NCBI RefSeq assembly: GCF_963921235.1
Contig: NC_086118.1
Coordinates: forward strand, 17,548,001-17,612,000
Reading direction: 5' to 3'
Origin: Mobula hypostoma
Taxonomy: Eukaryota
DNA length: 64,000 bases
In this document: in pieces, positions 33,601-48,600 of the stretch
Position numbering within the stretch: position 1 is the stretch's first letter
Layout of the letters: each line of letters begins with the position of its first letter
Position numbers and translations under genes: made by a program
The notes under the pieces: model-generated
What the model was told of the DNA's origin: nothing
The model's input: only the letters and a program-made list of their open reading frames with translations
Database searches by the model: none

Positions 33601-36600
33601 TGAATTAATCTGATATTTTAGCTGCTGAACTTTTATTATATAAACTGTTAACACTGCTGTAGAAATGAAAGACAGATGGGTTGTATGATTCATTAACTTG
33701 TTTGTTGCTACTGTGTTCTGTGAAATTTCTGTATCTTGGTCTTTACTGCCTGAATGGTAGGTGCTGCATTTGTGGGCCTTTGTGGAGGAGTGGGAGAGGC
33801 CAGGAAGATGTTATGGTGGTGCTGCAGTTAGTGCTGCTGCTTCATTGTTGTTGGGACCCATGTTCAATCCAGACCTTAGGTGACGCCCAAGTGGTTCTTG
33901 CATGTTCTTTTTCGTGACGGTGTGTATTTCTACGTGCTTTGGGCTCCCCTTGCATGGCAGTGATATGCAGATAAGTGGCTACTGTAAATTACTCAGTGTA
34001 TGTTCAATTCAAGTTCAATGTTTCCATTGAATATCAGAGAATGTATGCAGTACACAACGTGAAATTCTTGCTCTTCGCAGACATCCACAAAAGAGAAGAA
34101 AACCCCAAAGAATGAGTGACAGAAAAATGTTAGAACTGCAAAGCCCTCCCGTGCACAAGCAGCAGCAAAGCATCAACCCTTCCCCTTCTAGCAATCCCAC
34201 CACCTATCAAGCAACCAAAGGCAAAGCCCCCAAAGTGATCATGATCTGCAGTCCCAACAAAAGCAATGGTTCACCTGACAATTCTCTCTCACAGGGAACA
34301 GAGATGTCAGCCTTTCCACAGCGAGAGGGAGACCAACAGATCGAGCTCTTATTTGAGCTTCCCCAACTTGAGGATTGGCAGACTCACCACCCCTGCCCCC
34401 ACCCTACCCTCCTCAGCCCCATTGATCGAGAGAGAGAGAGAGAATGTGCCCGAGTGCGGAGATGTTCCGATCTCTGTGGTATTCCAGTTGGGGACACTGG
34501 TGAGGAATCAAGTTGTCCACAGAAGGCACTGAGGCCACATGTGTTCCAGCCTGCTCCTGGAGATACTGCGAAACGGCCAGTCGCTGAGCTCCAGAAGTGA
34601 GAATTCACCACCATATAGAACTGCAGTTTGAACGCAGCTGTAGACCACAGGACACCAGCCACCTTGAAACGGAAAAAGGAGACACTCAAGAGAAGAATTT
34701 AAGCTGTTTCGCAGATGAGCTCAAAGAAGTCACCCTCTTGTGCCATCTTAGCTTCTTCCCCAGTGTAACTGTCATTCAACCATACATGAATGCCCATGAA
34801 TACAACCAAACAAGACGGGCGTAACTCCAGGGCCAAGGTTTAAAATGCAGTACCAACAGTCACACACACAACATACAAGATAGTAGGCACATACAAGGTA
34901 GTAAGCACATGTGAGAGATTAGTACGATACATGTCGTGGTGACATCCGTTAGTCTCGCAAGACCATGGATCTGCGCCTGGAAGGTCTTGCTTCAGTCTGT
35001 GTTAGAGCAGCATCTGTTGTGGCTGTAGAGGCGCACACAGGAGTGACTGTCTCGGCTGCATCGACTGCACTTGAAGGCACTGTCCTCCATTGTTATCTTG
35101 GTGCTGTTTTTCAGACAAGTGCGCTTTTCTTCAGCAGCAAGCCTCAGCTTCTCGTCTCCACTTTTTAGACCTCTGCATAGTTCCAGCCTCCAGTGAGAAC
35201 GATCGCTTGCGATTTCCTCCCACCTCTCGACATTCATTTTCAGTGACTTCATGTCTCTCTTGCAAACGTTTTTGAAAAGAAACGAAGTACAATACAACGA
35301 CACACAAAAAAGTAATAGTCCAGGCCCCGAGTCCATGAATGCTGGAGAAATCTGCAGTCAATGACAGGACAACTTGTCTTCTGCCAAGTGAACACTGGGG
35401 GGCAGCACTGACTCCAACCTGGACATTGTTAATGGCAAAAAGAGCACAAAAGGGAGTTTCTAGACATGTATAAAGGAGAATAACTGGGAGAGATGCAGGA
35501 GAGAATGGAGAATGAGACTGGGGTTATGCACTGTGAGCCCTTGTAGGCCCAGTGGAATCAGTGGTCTGTATATGTAGGAAAGATGTACGTCCATGTGGGA
35601 AAGAACAATTGCAGAAAAGCCACACTTACATACTCAGAACTGAGGGATGCTAAGGTAAATGAGCATTAGTCTCATGTTTGTCAAACTCTGCTGTCATATT
35701 ACTGATTTTCATTTTTGAGGTTTACTACTGTTTTGATTCAATGATACTTACAAATGATGTCACAGTGATTTTTGTTTGAAGCTGTACTACCTCTTGCGAA
35801 ATTGTTTGGAACTAAGTTTTATTATTCCCTGTATATACCCTGGCAGCCAATTGAGGTTTGAAAACCCTTCCCTGAGCTGGAGGGGTGTGTGGGATTTTTT
35901 TTTGGCAGAAAGATTTGTTTAGATGTTTAAGTGTGTACCATGGTTTTTTGTTTAACTGTAGCCAAATTGGACTCCCAAGCTAGTCCAGGTGGGTTCCCTG
36001 ACCGATCTAATTTACCAAAGTTTGCTGAGAGGCAACAAAAAGAATCTGAAGATCATCTGGAGGAAAAGCAAAATGAAGAGCCAGGTAAAATGCACAGAAT
36101 CTGCACACACCTTATTTTTGCTTTTTAAGAAGCATCTTGGGTATAATAGGCAATTGAGTAATTGGATGTGTGGATGATTTCAACTGCGCCCATGTGCAAT
36201 GCATTGTTAGAATGCAACTTGTTATTTCTGGTGAAGTGGCCTTAATAATAAGTTCTCTTATCCTTTTCAAATGCTGTTTGATCTGAGCATTTTTTTTGAT
36301 AATCTGTAGTATTTTACTCTTGTCCTAGACATTAATATTTTTATTGAAAACAGTTGCTCATCTGTTTTTCCAGAGTTGTCTTTCCTTTGCTAATAAAGGA
36401 ATGTATTTCAAAAGTTCAGTTTAATGTCAGAGAAATGTATGCCATATACATCCTGAAATGCTTTTTCTTTGCAAAACATCCACGAAAACAGAGAAGTGCC
36501 CCAAAGAATGTACGACAGTTAAACATGAGAACCCCAGAGTCCCGCCCAGCTTCCCCTTGTCACGTGTAAGTGGCGGCAAGCAGCAATCCCCCCCCCACCC

Positions 36601-39600
36601 CCCCACTGGCAAAACAAAAAGTATACCCACTACCGAGTGCAAGTGATAGCAAAGATGCAGACCTTGCAGTTACCCCAAAGACTATCGCAATTCATCCGGC
36701 ATTCGGCAACCCACAGGTTCTCTCTCCCTGATAAGGGAGAAGGAGGTGTACCCCATTTTCACAGCGAGCGGGAGACATAACAACCTGCTGGTTTACAATG
36801 TTAAAAGTCCGTTACGTTGCTTTTTATGAGCTGTGTGCCTGAAGATCGCAAAGATCTCGGGTCTTCGGGGCCACAGTGAAAGGTTTTCCTTCCTCCCTGA
36901 TGACACACGAGTCTTCTGCCATGACACCAATTTTTGATCCGCCTGTCTCCAGAGCCCCGAGATTTTAGGCTTCCAAACACTGGGCCCCCTCTCAGGCTGA
37001 CCCCTTGGTGTGCCAAACAACGGCCAGTCTTGAAACCCCAAGAACGAGTCCCATTCGTGCAAAGAACTGAAGTCTGTCTGTAACTCCAGGTCAGGGTCGT
37101 CAAAAGAACCCTGAAAGGGAAAAATAAAGATATTAAAGATAGAAGTAGAGCTGTTTCCGAAGATGCAAGCAAAGGAGTTGCTGTTTAGTGCCATCTTAAC
37201 TCTGCCTCCACCAATTTAGGAAATTATGACATTTGAAGGTCAGTTGCCTTTGTGATGTGTTGTTGGAGCCAGTCTGAATAAAAAATATTCTTGATTCATG
37301 ATCTGCTGTTTAATTATTTATTATGTTCTTCAGTTACATTAGTGGACACTGATGTTGAAGCTGTTAATATTGGGCGGTGATTTTGGAAAAGGAGGCCAGA
37401 GAGAGGTAGTTGAAGGGAAATGTCTTACGTGGAAAACCTGATACCATAAAGTTGGTCCAGTTTATCTCTTAGAAACCACCTTGTATTTAGGACAGGCTTG
37501 AGTCCAGATGGAGAGTCTTGAGCCAAAATGGTGACTGTCTATTTCCTCCACACTTGTTGCCTGACCTCCTGAGGTCCTCCTGCGTCTTTTTTGCTTACAT
37601 TTAGGGCAAGAGTGTTGTGAGGTACAAGTTGAGGAAGAGATTTCATACTAAAATGCTTATTTTTTTCGTCTGTTTTTCCCCCTAGAAAGAAGACCAAAAA
37701 CATCAACTAGAGATCCTTCACTGGTAGTGGCTTTTGTTTGCAAGGTAAGTGTTTTCTCTCAGTTTTATACCAGAGATCTTTTCCTTCAGTTATGAGGTAG
37801 CACTGGAAAAGTTGTGGTAGTCCTCAGAATGGGAAAAAAGTTAATGAAACTAATGTAACAAAAGAGTCTTTAATTAGGCAGCAGAGATTTCTGGCAGCGT
37901 AACCGGAAGCGATAGTTTTTTGTTGTATTATGCATCTGGTTGCTGTAATCTGGAGCAGGAAGGATGGGTGGAAGCAGATTTACCGCCACTTTCAAAAGAA
38001 AAGTGGATAGAAATTGGAAAAGGAGAGTGTTCAGGGTTGTGGGGAAGGGAGAGAGAGGTGGAATTAATCAGATGACTTTTTCACAGGGCCAGCATCAACA
38101 GAGTGTGCCTAGTATACTTAATTATTCATCAATTCTAAATACCGCTTAGGGCAATGATTAGAGGGGCAGAAAGGTCCTTGACTCAGCAATTAAACTCTGT
38201 TCATTTGCAGCTTCATCCTAAAAAAGGCAACTTTCTTGTTATGAAGGCAAAGGAGCTTGGTCTACCAGTGTAAGTAGCAAGGATTTTATTTTCAGTATCT
38301 TTATTCATTTAGTCTCTGAAGTGCTGAAGGAAAATTTGCTATTATAACAAAATTAAGACCACATGATTTTCACTAAAACGATGATTTTCAAAAATTTGTG
38401 ATATATAGCAAATCAATCACACCTGGAAAGGCAAGATGGCACATTGTTTTTGGTTGGTAACTTTTAGTATCACTGTTATTGCACTGAAAATACTCTAAGC
38501 ATATCCTTGCGGGTAGGTTTGCAGGATCTGTTGGGGAGGGCGTAAACTAATTTGGCAGGGGGGTGGGAGTGAGGGTGATAGGGCTGAAGATGGGGCAATT
38601 GGTATACAAGTAGATACATTGTGTAGAGAGACTGTGAGGAAGGACAGGTAGATGAATAGGACACAGTTGCAGTCAGGTTAAGAGGAAGCATAACGTGGCA
38701 AAATCGAAAAGGGTGAGGAATACAAGACAAAGTGTTATATTTGGATGTACGCACTATATGGAAAAAGGTAGATGGTCTTGCAGCACAGGAGATTGGCAGG
38801 TACAGCATCGTGGGCATCACTGAGTCGTGGCTGAAGAAAGGTCATTGTTGAGAGCTTAACATCCAATGATACATTTTGTATCGAACGTACAAGGAGGTAG
38901 ACAGAAGGGATGAATGGCCTTTGTTGGTTTAAAAAAAATTAAATCAAATCCTTATAAAGAGATGACAGGATCAGAAGATGTAGAATCCTTGCAAGTAGAG
39001 TTAAGAAACTGCAAGGATACAAAGACTTTGATGGGAGTTTTATACAGGTCTCCAAATAGTAATCAGGATATACAATACAAATTATAACGGGCAATAGAAA
39101 AGTCATGTAAAAAGGTAATGTTACGATAGTAATGAGAGGTTTCAATATGCGGGTAGATTGGTGAAATCCATGTTGGTGCTGGATCCCAAGAGATGGAATT
39201 TGCAGAATGTCAATGAGATGGCATTTTAGAGCATCTTGTTGTTGAGTCCACTACGGGAAAGGGAATTCTGGATTGCGTGTTGGTTAATGAACTAGATTTG
39301 ACTGAGGAGCTTAAGGTAAAGGAACACTTAGGAGGCAGTGATCATAATATGATAAGAGTTTACCCTGCAGTTTGAGAGAAAGAGAAGATAATCAGATGTA
39401 TCAGTATTACAAGCAGTAAAGAGAACTACAGAGGCATGAGAAGGGAGCTGGCCAAAGTTGATTGCAGGAGAACACTATCGGGTGATGGCAGAACAAAAAT
39501 GGCTGGGGTTTCTGTGGGAATTCACAAGGTGCAGTATAGATGCATCTCAAAGATGAAGAACTATTCCAAAGTCCAGGATGAGGCAACTGTAGTTGACAAG

Positions 39601-42600
39601 GGAAGTCAAAGCATAAAAGCAAATGAGAAGGTGCACAATAGCACAAAAATTAGTGGGAAGTTAGAAGGCAACTAAAAAAGTCTTGAGGAGAGAAAAGATG
39701 AAATATGAAGGTAAGCTTACCGATAATATTAAAGATGATAGTAAAAGTTCTTTGTTATTATATAAAAAGTAAAAGAGGTGAGAGTGGATATCGGACCACT
39801 GGAAAATGACACTGGGGAAATGGTAATGGGGGACATATGAACTGGAGTATTTTGCGTCAGTCTTCACTGTGGAAGACACGAACAGAATACCAGAAATTGG
39901 ACTGTATCGGGGTAGAAGTGAGTGTCTCTGCTATTACTAAGGATGAGGTACTTGGGAATTTGAAAGGTATGAAGGTAGATAATAACTGGGGACCTGGTGG
40001 ACTACACCAAAGGGTTCTGAAAGAGGTCGCTGAAGAGGTTGTGGAGGCATTAGTAGTGATCTTTCAAGAGTCACTGGAATGGTTTTGGAGGACTCAAAAA
40101 TTACAAATGTCACTTCATTCTTTAAAAAGGGAAGGAAGCAGAAGAAAGGAAGTTACAGGCCAGGTAGCACGACTTCAGTGGTTGGCAAGATGTCCATTAC
40201 TAAGGATGAGGTTTCGGGGTACTTGGAGATGCACAATAATGTAGGCCAAAGTCAGCATGGGGAAATCTTGCCTGACAAATCTGTTGGAATTCTTTGAGGA
40301 AATAACGTTTAATGTTCCAGGCTGATCCATGTGGCTGATTGGCTGACCAAATGGTTGTGCAGCTAAGTGATGAGGCCTTGTGGATGCATGGGCCGGGTGA
40401 TGTGAGAGCAAGCCTCAGTCACAAAGTTCCTCTGACAACCTTTGACAAACGGCATGACTTCCCATCCAGTTTTTTGAGTGTGTTCCAATATAATTGATGT
40501 CAAAAACATGAAATCCTAAAAGTTAAATTAATGAAGGTAATGGACTTGTTGCACTTAAAAATAAGCTTTAGAAAAAGTCACCTTCCTTTCCTTCATCACC
40601 ATTGAATAGGCTTTTGGATCTTAGGCCAAGTCTAGCCAGGGGCTTTGTCTGAGCTGATTTCCTAGTGTATCTCAGCAAGTTGCTTCTCTGCTGTTGGATT
40701 CCAGTGGCGGGAAAAGACTGCCAGAGCACATCTATCAGGTCTGTAGAATCAGTCTTTGGACAAGCTGGTGAGCACTTCAGTAATTGCTGGAAGTCTTGAG
40801 ACTAAACTGCAAATGGAATTGGGCATTATCTGGGCCACTGAGGAATGTGAATAAGTATGTAGTCAGAGTGGAGATTCTAAAGGGGCATTTATATGGAGGA
40901 AAGGGGAGGGTGTAACTGAATACCCTACAGAGCTTTGTCCTGGTAATGTGAGGCATGATCATTGGAAAAAGGAATATTTAGGAGTACTCCAAACGTCCAG
41001 TGGTACCAGTGCAGATTGAAATCAGACTTGCAGGGTTCAGACTGGGATATCGAAATCAAAGGAAACTACTTAAGGTGCTTATTCTTGTTTCCAGTATTAT
41101 TGCTATCTGACTGTGTTGATATTTCCACCAAGGAGTCCAGGAGGCTGTCATCATCTTTGTAAGATTAAGTCTTCTGACATGTTTTCATTGATAATATCTG
41201 TAAAATGGAACAAAAGGTTTTTAATATTATGGCTTCAAAATATTTTTTCTTGTTTATTTACCATTTTTTGTGGGCTTATTTATTTCACTATTTTTGTTTC
41301 AGGGGCACCTCAGCCATTGGTCCAATTGTTGCTGCCTTGAAAGCAGGAAGCAGCGTAGTGTTTGAAGGGAAGGAGGTAATATCTATCAAATCTAATTGGA
41401 TTCATGAGCATTATTTACTTGTATAGGCAATGTCACATATTTGTCAGCTTAGCAAGGTTAAAATGAGAGACACAAGAGGCAAGCAATATGGAAGACGTGT
41501 GCTGCTTCTGATACGCATTTCATCAGGGTGTGTTTACTATTTCTGTCCGAGCAAAACCACTTAAATTGCAAATGACTTGTTTTTCGATTATGTAGAACTT
41601 CATGATAAGGGAGAATCTTGGAGTGAATTGAATAGTTCAATTAATTCATTGGAATTAGTTTGCTGAGGGTCTGAGATACTGCCGTCATTAATTTTAATGC
41701 AGAATTAGATGCGTGTACAGAGTTACAGTCCCCTCAGGTTCTTTGTTAAAGTTGGCAGAAGTGGAGATCAAACTTGGTGTGTATCATGGGCATACTTTGG
41801 ATCAATGTCTTGCAAACCTTGGATTGTGGAAGAAGCTGGAGGAACGAACGTTGGCCTTTATAGATGTAAGGCTATAGGGGGAGGAGGTGTGCTGATGTAA
41901 ACCATGTAAAGCAGTTCCTTAAATCTTGTTTAGCAAGTAGATGAAATTTTGTGCGTTTTGTTTTGATCAACAAAGTTCTTTGAATTCTAGTTTGTTTGCT
42001 TAATACAGTCAGTTAATCATCTATCCATTCTTAATCATGGGATTATTACAGCAAAGGAGACTGTTTTACTATTTGCTTCATTGTTTGGGGCATTGGACAT
42101 AAAGGTAGAAGGTTGTGTTGCAACTGTATTAAAAAAAAACTTAGGCTACATTTGGAGCATTGTGAGCAGTTGTGATTGTTGCATTACAGAAAAGATGTGG
42201 AGGCTTTGGAGAGGATGCAGACCTAGTTCACCAGGACGTTGCTTGGTTTAGAGACTTCATTTCATGTGTTCATTCATCCTTCCCTCTCTCTGCCCATCCA
42301 CCCACCTATTTAACATTAGCCTACAATGACCTACTAACCGGAATGTCTGGGCTGTGGAAGGAAACCGGAGCACCCAGAAGAAACACAGGCAGTTCCTGGG
42401 GAGAACGTACAAACTCCTCACAGAATTCAGTACTGAGCTCCAGAACGCCCTGAACTGTAAAAGCGTTCCACTAGACGCTATGCTACTGTTACTAACTTTG
42501 TTTTCTCTGCAATGTCTGAGGGGCAGCATGATTTAAATTTAACAAATTGACAGTTATATACAGGAGAGAGAGTGTCAATTTTTTTTCCCCCCAAGATGGA

Positions 42601-45600
42601 TATGGAAAAACCAAGAGCGGTATATTTAAGGGAGATTTACAAGGCAAGTGTTTTTAATGCAGAGTGGTAGGTGCCTGGAACCCATTTCCAGGGAAGGTGG
42701 TGGAAGCAGATATGTTAGCAATGTTTGAGAGGTATTTAGACAGGTATGTGAATAGACAGGGAATGGAGTGACAAAGACAAATAGGGTTACTTTTAAATTG
42801 GCATCATGGTTGGCACTGATACTATGTGCCGAATGGCCTATTTCTGCATTGTACTACCCTATGTTGTATATGTCCAAGTTGATTCCATGAACCAGCCTAG
42901 ATCTAGTTCTCTTGCTCTTCCCCAGAGTGCAGATTACTTTGAGTGCCTATCCAATTAACTTTTGATAGCTTTGACTGAATTTCTATTAATTTTACAGATG
43001 GTAAGTTCCAGATTACGGTGTACTCCCTCGTATCTTTTATCCATCTTTTTAAATTAGTGCCCCACTTTTTGAAGCAGTTGTCAATGGGAAGAGTTTCTCT
43101 CAATTTTTATCCTCTCGAAATCCATCATGATCTTGTCCATTTTAAGATACCTTGTTAATCTTTGCTGCAAGGAGAATAACCCCAACTGCAGTCAATTCTT
43201 TGCAGCTCATAAATCTCTTGTATCCTCCCTAATACCTTTGTCAGTTTGAACATTTGGTGGCCAGGTTTAGATACAATACTCCAGTTATGTTCCACCCAGT
43301 GCTTTTATAAAAATATAACCTCCCAGCTTTGTCTTTGATGCCTCTATTAATGAAGTTTTTGATCCCTTGTGCATTATCAGTAAACTCTGGATATTTCTTG
43401 CCATAATCAAAGATGAATGCAAAAATACTATCCTTGCGCATTTTTAATAAATGTGCAATTTGGACTACATATTCTTTCCCTGATCTATCTGCCAAAATAG
43501 GTCCTTCCCCCTAAAGATGAGTTCTTGTTTTTCCAAACTCTTTTGTGCTCATCCAAGTCCAGATACCATTTCCTTTGATGTCTCTAGCCCCTTAGATCTT
43601 ATTTAGTCTCCAATAAGATTTGTTTGTATTAAATCTCATAGGTCACTGTCAGTCATGTCTACAAGACCATGTCCTCTTCTATTATTTTCTTTGTTGTTTA
43701 TCTCATCTTCTCAATTTTTTCATTTATGAGCATATCCATCTTATTAATCATCATCAAAGACTCTGGTATTAATAAGGAACAGCTAAGAGCATTGCTGTGT
43801 TCTGTCCTCCAGTCCAGAAAGCCACTGCTCATTGTATTCTCTGCTTTCTGTTCTTGAGACAGTTTCTTGTCATTGCTAACATTGACCTCTTCATGGACCT
43901 CAATTGTGTCAGCTGGCCTTTCAGGTGCAATTTTCATCAACTGCCTTCTAAAAGTCCATATAGATGTAGTTTCTACTACAGCTGATACTTTGACAAACTT
44001 TGTTGATTTTTTTTTAAGTGACAATTGGGTTTTCAAATGTCATATGGCTTTAACAAATCTGCAATGGCAGCTTTTTATTAATTCCACTGAGGGCCTTTTC
44101 AGTTTTTCCTGTGATTGTTTCTGAAATAACCCTCCTCTTTGTGCATTTCTTTTCTGAATTCTGTTACATTTCAAAGCTGGAATCAATCCTTATTTAAATC
44201 TGCTGTAGACTTAACACTTTTCCAAACCCACCTTGTTGGGGTGTGGTGGATAATTGCCAGAGGGTGATGCTGTTTGGAGTGCATGCAAGGTTAATCTGCT
44301 GCTTGCACTTTAGTGCTGTCTGTATATATTGCAGATCCGGCCTGAAGAGGTTTGCACGCCTGCTGATCCGGGGCCTACTTTCCTTGTGCTGGAATGTCCC
44401 AGTAAGGAGTTTATTCATCCTATGTGTGAGAATGAACAGCTCCAAAAGTGAGTTAAACACTGACTTCTAATCATTTGTCAGTAAATGTAAGTCGCTTGCT
44501 CTGTTTGGAGAAACTATAACATGTATGAACTCGGATGCTTCTAAACATGAAAAAGTTGAGGTAAGACAATAAGAATTAGATCATGGAGATTGTTCTGCTA
44601 ATCAATTGTGAATTTTTTCAACCCCATTCTTAAACCTTCTCCCCATAAACATTAACTCCATAAGACCATGAGATGTAGGAGCAAATTTGGGCCGTTCGGC
44701 CCATCAGGTCTGCTCCACCATTCAATCATGGCTGATTTATTATCCCTCTAACCCCACTCTTGTGCCTTCTTCTTGTTTTGATGCCCACACTAATCAAGAA
44801 CCTGTCAACCTCTGCTTTAAATATACCCAATGATTTGGCTAAAGAAATTATCATTTCTGTTCTAAGTGATGTAATGCAATTGAGGCTGTGCCCTCCAGTC
44901 CTAGACTCCCCCATTATTGGAAACATCCATTCAATGCCCACTCTATTTAGGCCTTTCACTATTTGATAGGATTCAGTAAGATCCCTACCATTATTCTTCT
45001 AAATTCTAGGCCCAGAACCGTCAAACACTCCTCATACGTTAACCCTTTCATTCCTTTGATAATTCTCATGAGCCTCCTCTAGACCCTCTCCAATCCCATC
45101 ATGTTTTTCAGATAAATTGCTCACAATACACCAAATGTGGTCTGATTAAGGCCTTGTAATGCCTCAGCATAACTTCCTTGCTTTTGTATTGTAGTTGTCT
45201 TGAAATGAATGCCAACATCGCATTTGCTCTCCTTGCTACTGACATTCTGAATTTGATCACATAAAAGGCCCAGAGACATGAAGTGCTACTCGTACATTAA
45301 CCCTTTTCTACACTATTCTGACCGAGGAACGCGGAAGGGGCTGAGGAGAACTCAGTGGGGATCAGGGAGGAGGAGATTGGCAGTACGTGAACAACATGGT
45401 GTGGAAGGTTTGATGCAGGCAATTGGAAAGTTCTTGGAGACAAAGTGTGAGAGTTAAATGGTCAGAGACGTGGAAAGAAGTGACACCTGTTAATGGGATT
45501 GGGTGAGCACGGAAGACTTAAAGGAAATGGGAACTCACCTGAAAGAAGGAGGACTGTGCTTCTCAGGCACAAATGGACCAAGACATGATATTCAGACTAA

Positions 45601-48600
45601 AGGCTTCTTCTGCAGTTGGGGTGTACACCACATAGGCACAGTAGAAAATCAGCTGAGTAGTGGCAATCATGTTATACACATCATTGTCACTGCATTTGGC
45701 CCATGGCATCTGCACATATTCTTGTCATAGTTCTATAATGTGGAGAAGTGGGCATACCAAGCACCTGATCCGTTAGAAACTGGGTTTTGATTAAATTTTA
45801 TAATTCTGTTAGGTAAGGCACAAAAACGCAGAAATGTGATGGAATTTTCAGCTCAGCCTTTGTATTTTAGTCATCCCAAAGTGTGCCATTTCGCACATTA
45901 TTGTACTCCTTCTTAATCCAGTGGATATCCAGCTTAACGAGTGTCCTTTGTGGAAGTTTTTCACATGGTTCTCAAAAGCCCTCAAACATATAAATATTGT
46001 ACCGCTTTTATCTGCGAAGTTAGTGGTGATGTAATTTTAATAAATCCATTCAGACTGCCATCGATTTATAGAGTCATCAATGTGTTATGGAGTTATACTG
46101 CATAGAAGCATGCTTTTTAACCTACTAGTGCCTGCGAGCCAAGGTGCTTTCCTGAGTTGGTCCCATTTGCATGTATTTGGCCCCTTTCCCTCTTAAACCT
46201 TTCCTATCCATCCACCTGTCCAGATTTTTTTTCAATGTTGTAATTAGAGCTGCAGATATCACTTCATTTGACAACTTCTTCCATGCTCCCACTGTATAGA
46301 AAATTCTGTCTCTCTGGTCCCATATAAATTTTTCCCCATTCACCTTAACTGTCGTCCAGTAGTTTTAGACTTCCTTATTCTGGTGGATCATGGGGGTGAA
46401 AGATTGACCATCCATTTATCTCTATCCATTATGCATTGTTAAATCTCTAAAGTTACACTCTGCCTCCTTCGCTCTATTGAAAACAATCCCAGCCCACCTT
46501 GCCTCCCCTTATCACTCGAAGTCCTTCCATTCCACCCTCTCTAGCTTAATTACAAACTTTTCACATGATGGCAACCAGACCCGCACACCATATTCTAGGT
46601 ACAGTCTCACCAATGTCATGTGCTGTTGTCATATGATTTTCTAACCCTTGTGTTCAGTGTCTCATCCAATGAAGGCAAGCACGCCATATGCTACTTCACT
46701 ATCTTGTCTACCTGTGTCATCACTTTGGGGGGAACTCTGTGCTTGTATCCCTTGGTCACTGTGCTATCTATGACGCTCATCAGGGCTGTATTGTTCAATG
46801 TTGTGTCTTGCCCTGCTTTAATTTCCCACACGATTCCAACTGAAGTGGTTTACCCCATGCCCCTCAGTTTTACCCCTTTTCATAGAACATAGAATAGTAC
46901 AGCACAGTACAGGCCCTTCGGCCCACATTGTTGTGCCGACCCTCAAACCCTGCCTCCCATATAACCCCACCTTAAATTCCTCCATATACCTGTCTAGTAG
47001 TCTCTTAAATTTCACTAGTGTATCTGCCTCCACCACTGACTCAGGCAGTGTATTCCACGCACCAACCACTCTCTGTGTAAAAAAAAACCTTCCTCTAATA
47101 TCCCCCTTGAACTTCCCACCCCTCACCTTAATGCCTTTCTTAGGTGTGAGTAAATGTTGGCAAACTTCCATTTCTCAAGCATAATTGGCATGCAGTGAAA
47201 ACAAAGATTGCAATAAATTATGTTTATCTCTTCATTTAAACTGCAGGAACATTGAATGCAGAGCATAATTTACCAACTTTTAATGAAGCTAGCTCTTCAG
47301 TATTGATTACTGTTTCATCCGAACATACAAAATAGGAACAGGACTAGGCCATCTTGTCCCCTCAAGCCTATTCCGTCGTTCACTTTGATCATTACTAATC
47401 TGGCCATGGACTTGGCTCTATCTACCTGCCTTTTCCCCATAATCCTTCATTCCTCTGTTACGCAAAAATCTATCTAACTGCATCTTAAATATATTTAATG
47501 AGGCAGCCTCTACTGCTTCCCTTGGCAGAGAATTCCACAGATCCACTACTCCTCTGGGGGAGAAACAGTCTCTCCTCCTTAATCTATTCTGAATTCCAGT
47601 GAGTATAGTCCCAAGTGACTCAATCTCTCCTCATAAACTAACACCCTCATTTCCGGAATCTCCCTGGTAAATCTCTGACCCGCCTTCAAAGCCAGTATAT
47701 CCTCCAAGCAGATTTTCTCTTGTTTGTGATATCCTTCCTCAAGTAAGGAGATCAGAGCTGCATACAGTACTCCAGGTACGATCACTCCAGTATTCTGTAC
47801 AGTTGCGGCATAATATGCCTGCTCTTAAATTCAATCCCTCCTGCAATGAAGGCCAATATTCCATTTGCCTTCTTGATAACCAGTTACACCTGCAAACCAG
47901 TCTTATTTGTAACTGCTCTCTCTTGTCTTAGAATATATCCATCCAGAAACAAATGCTTTGTTTCCTCTAATATTTGCCAGGGGTGCATCCTTGCCCAGCA
48001 AAGGGAAGTGGAAAAATTGTACATGTCCTTTGCCAGTATATCCCTGTTGCTTTGATTACCTCCCCTGTGAGAATTATCTAATGTTTGGAAACTTTCTCTT
48101 GAAGTATCTTGCAAATGCCATGTTGTTTTATTCCAACTGATTGATACCTAGGCGAATACTTGATTTAAACAATGTTCTCTGCCATCTTTTGACCTTATTA
48201 AAATTGTATTTATTACAGGTATCAGGCTGGAGGAAGTGAAGGCCCCACAGCATTAGTTGTCCACATGGTGCCTGAGCCGGTTTTGGCAGATAATGTTTAT
48301 AAATCGTGGATGGCAAGGTGATTGAATTCTGTGAAGCTTGCTGCATAGTTACAACTGCAGTATATTATGTTGCTGTATGGAGTTGCTCAGTATAGAAATA
48401 AATATCAAGGCAGAAGTTGCCTTGGGAATGAACTGCTGAACTGAGCTTTTTATTTCCTCATTAAATTCTTCCCGTTAATGGTTAGGCCTGCTTAGACTGC
48501 TGCAGGGGTCCCCAACCTTTTTTGCACCGTGGACCAGTTTAATATTGACCATATTCGTGCCAGCGGGGGTGGGGGGGGTGTTAATCATGACCGGAATATA

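Noticed and set aside
37495..37590. Further hammerhead-like remnants (also ~24300-24410, 57340-57440, 61710-61800)
   Set aside because: Catalytic core nucleotides are lost; these are old Penelope terminal fragments.
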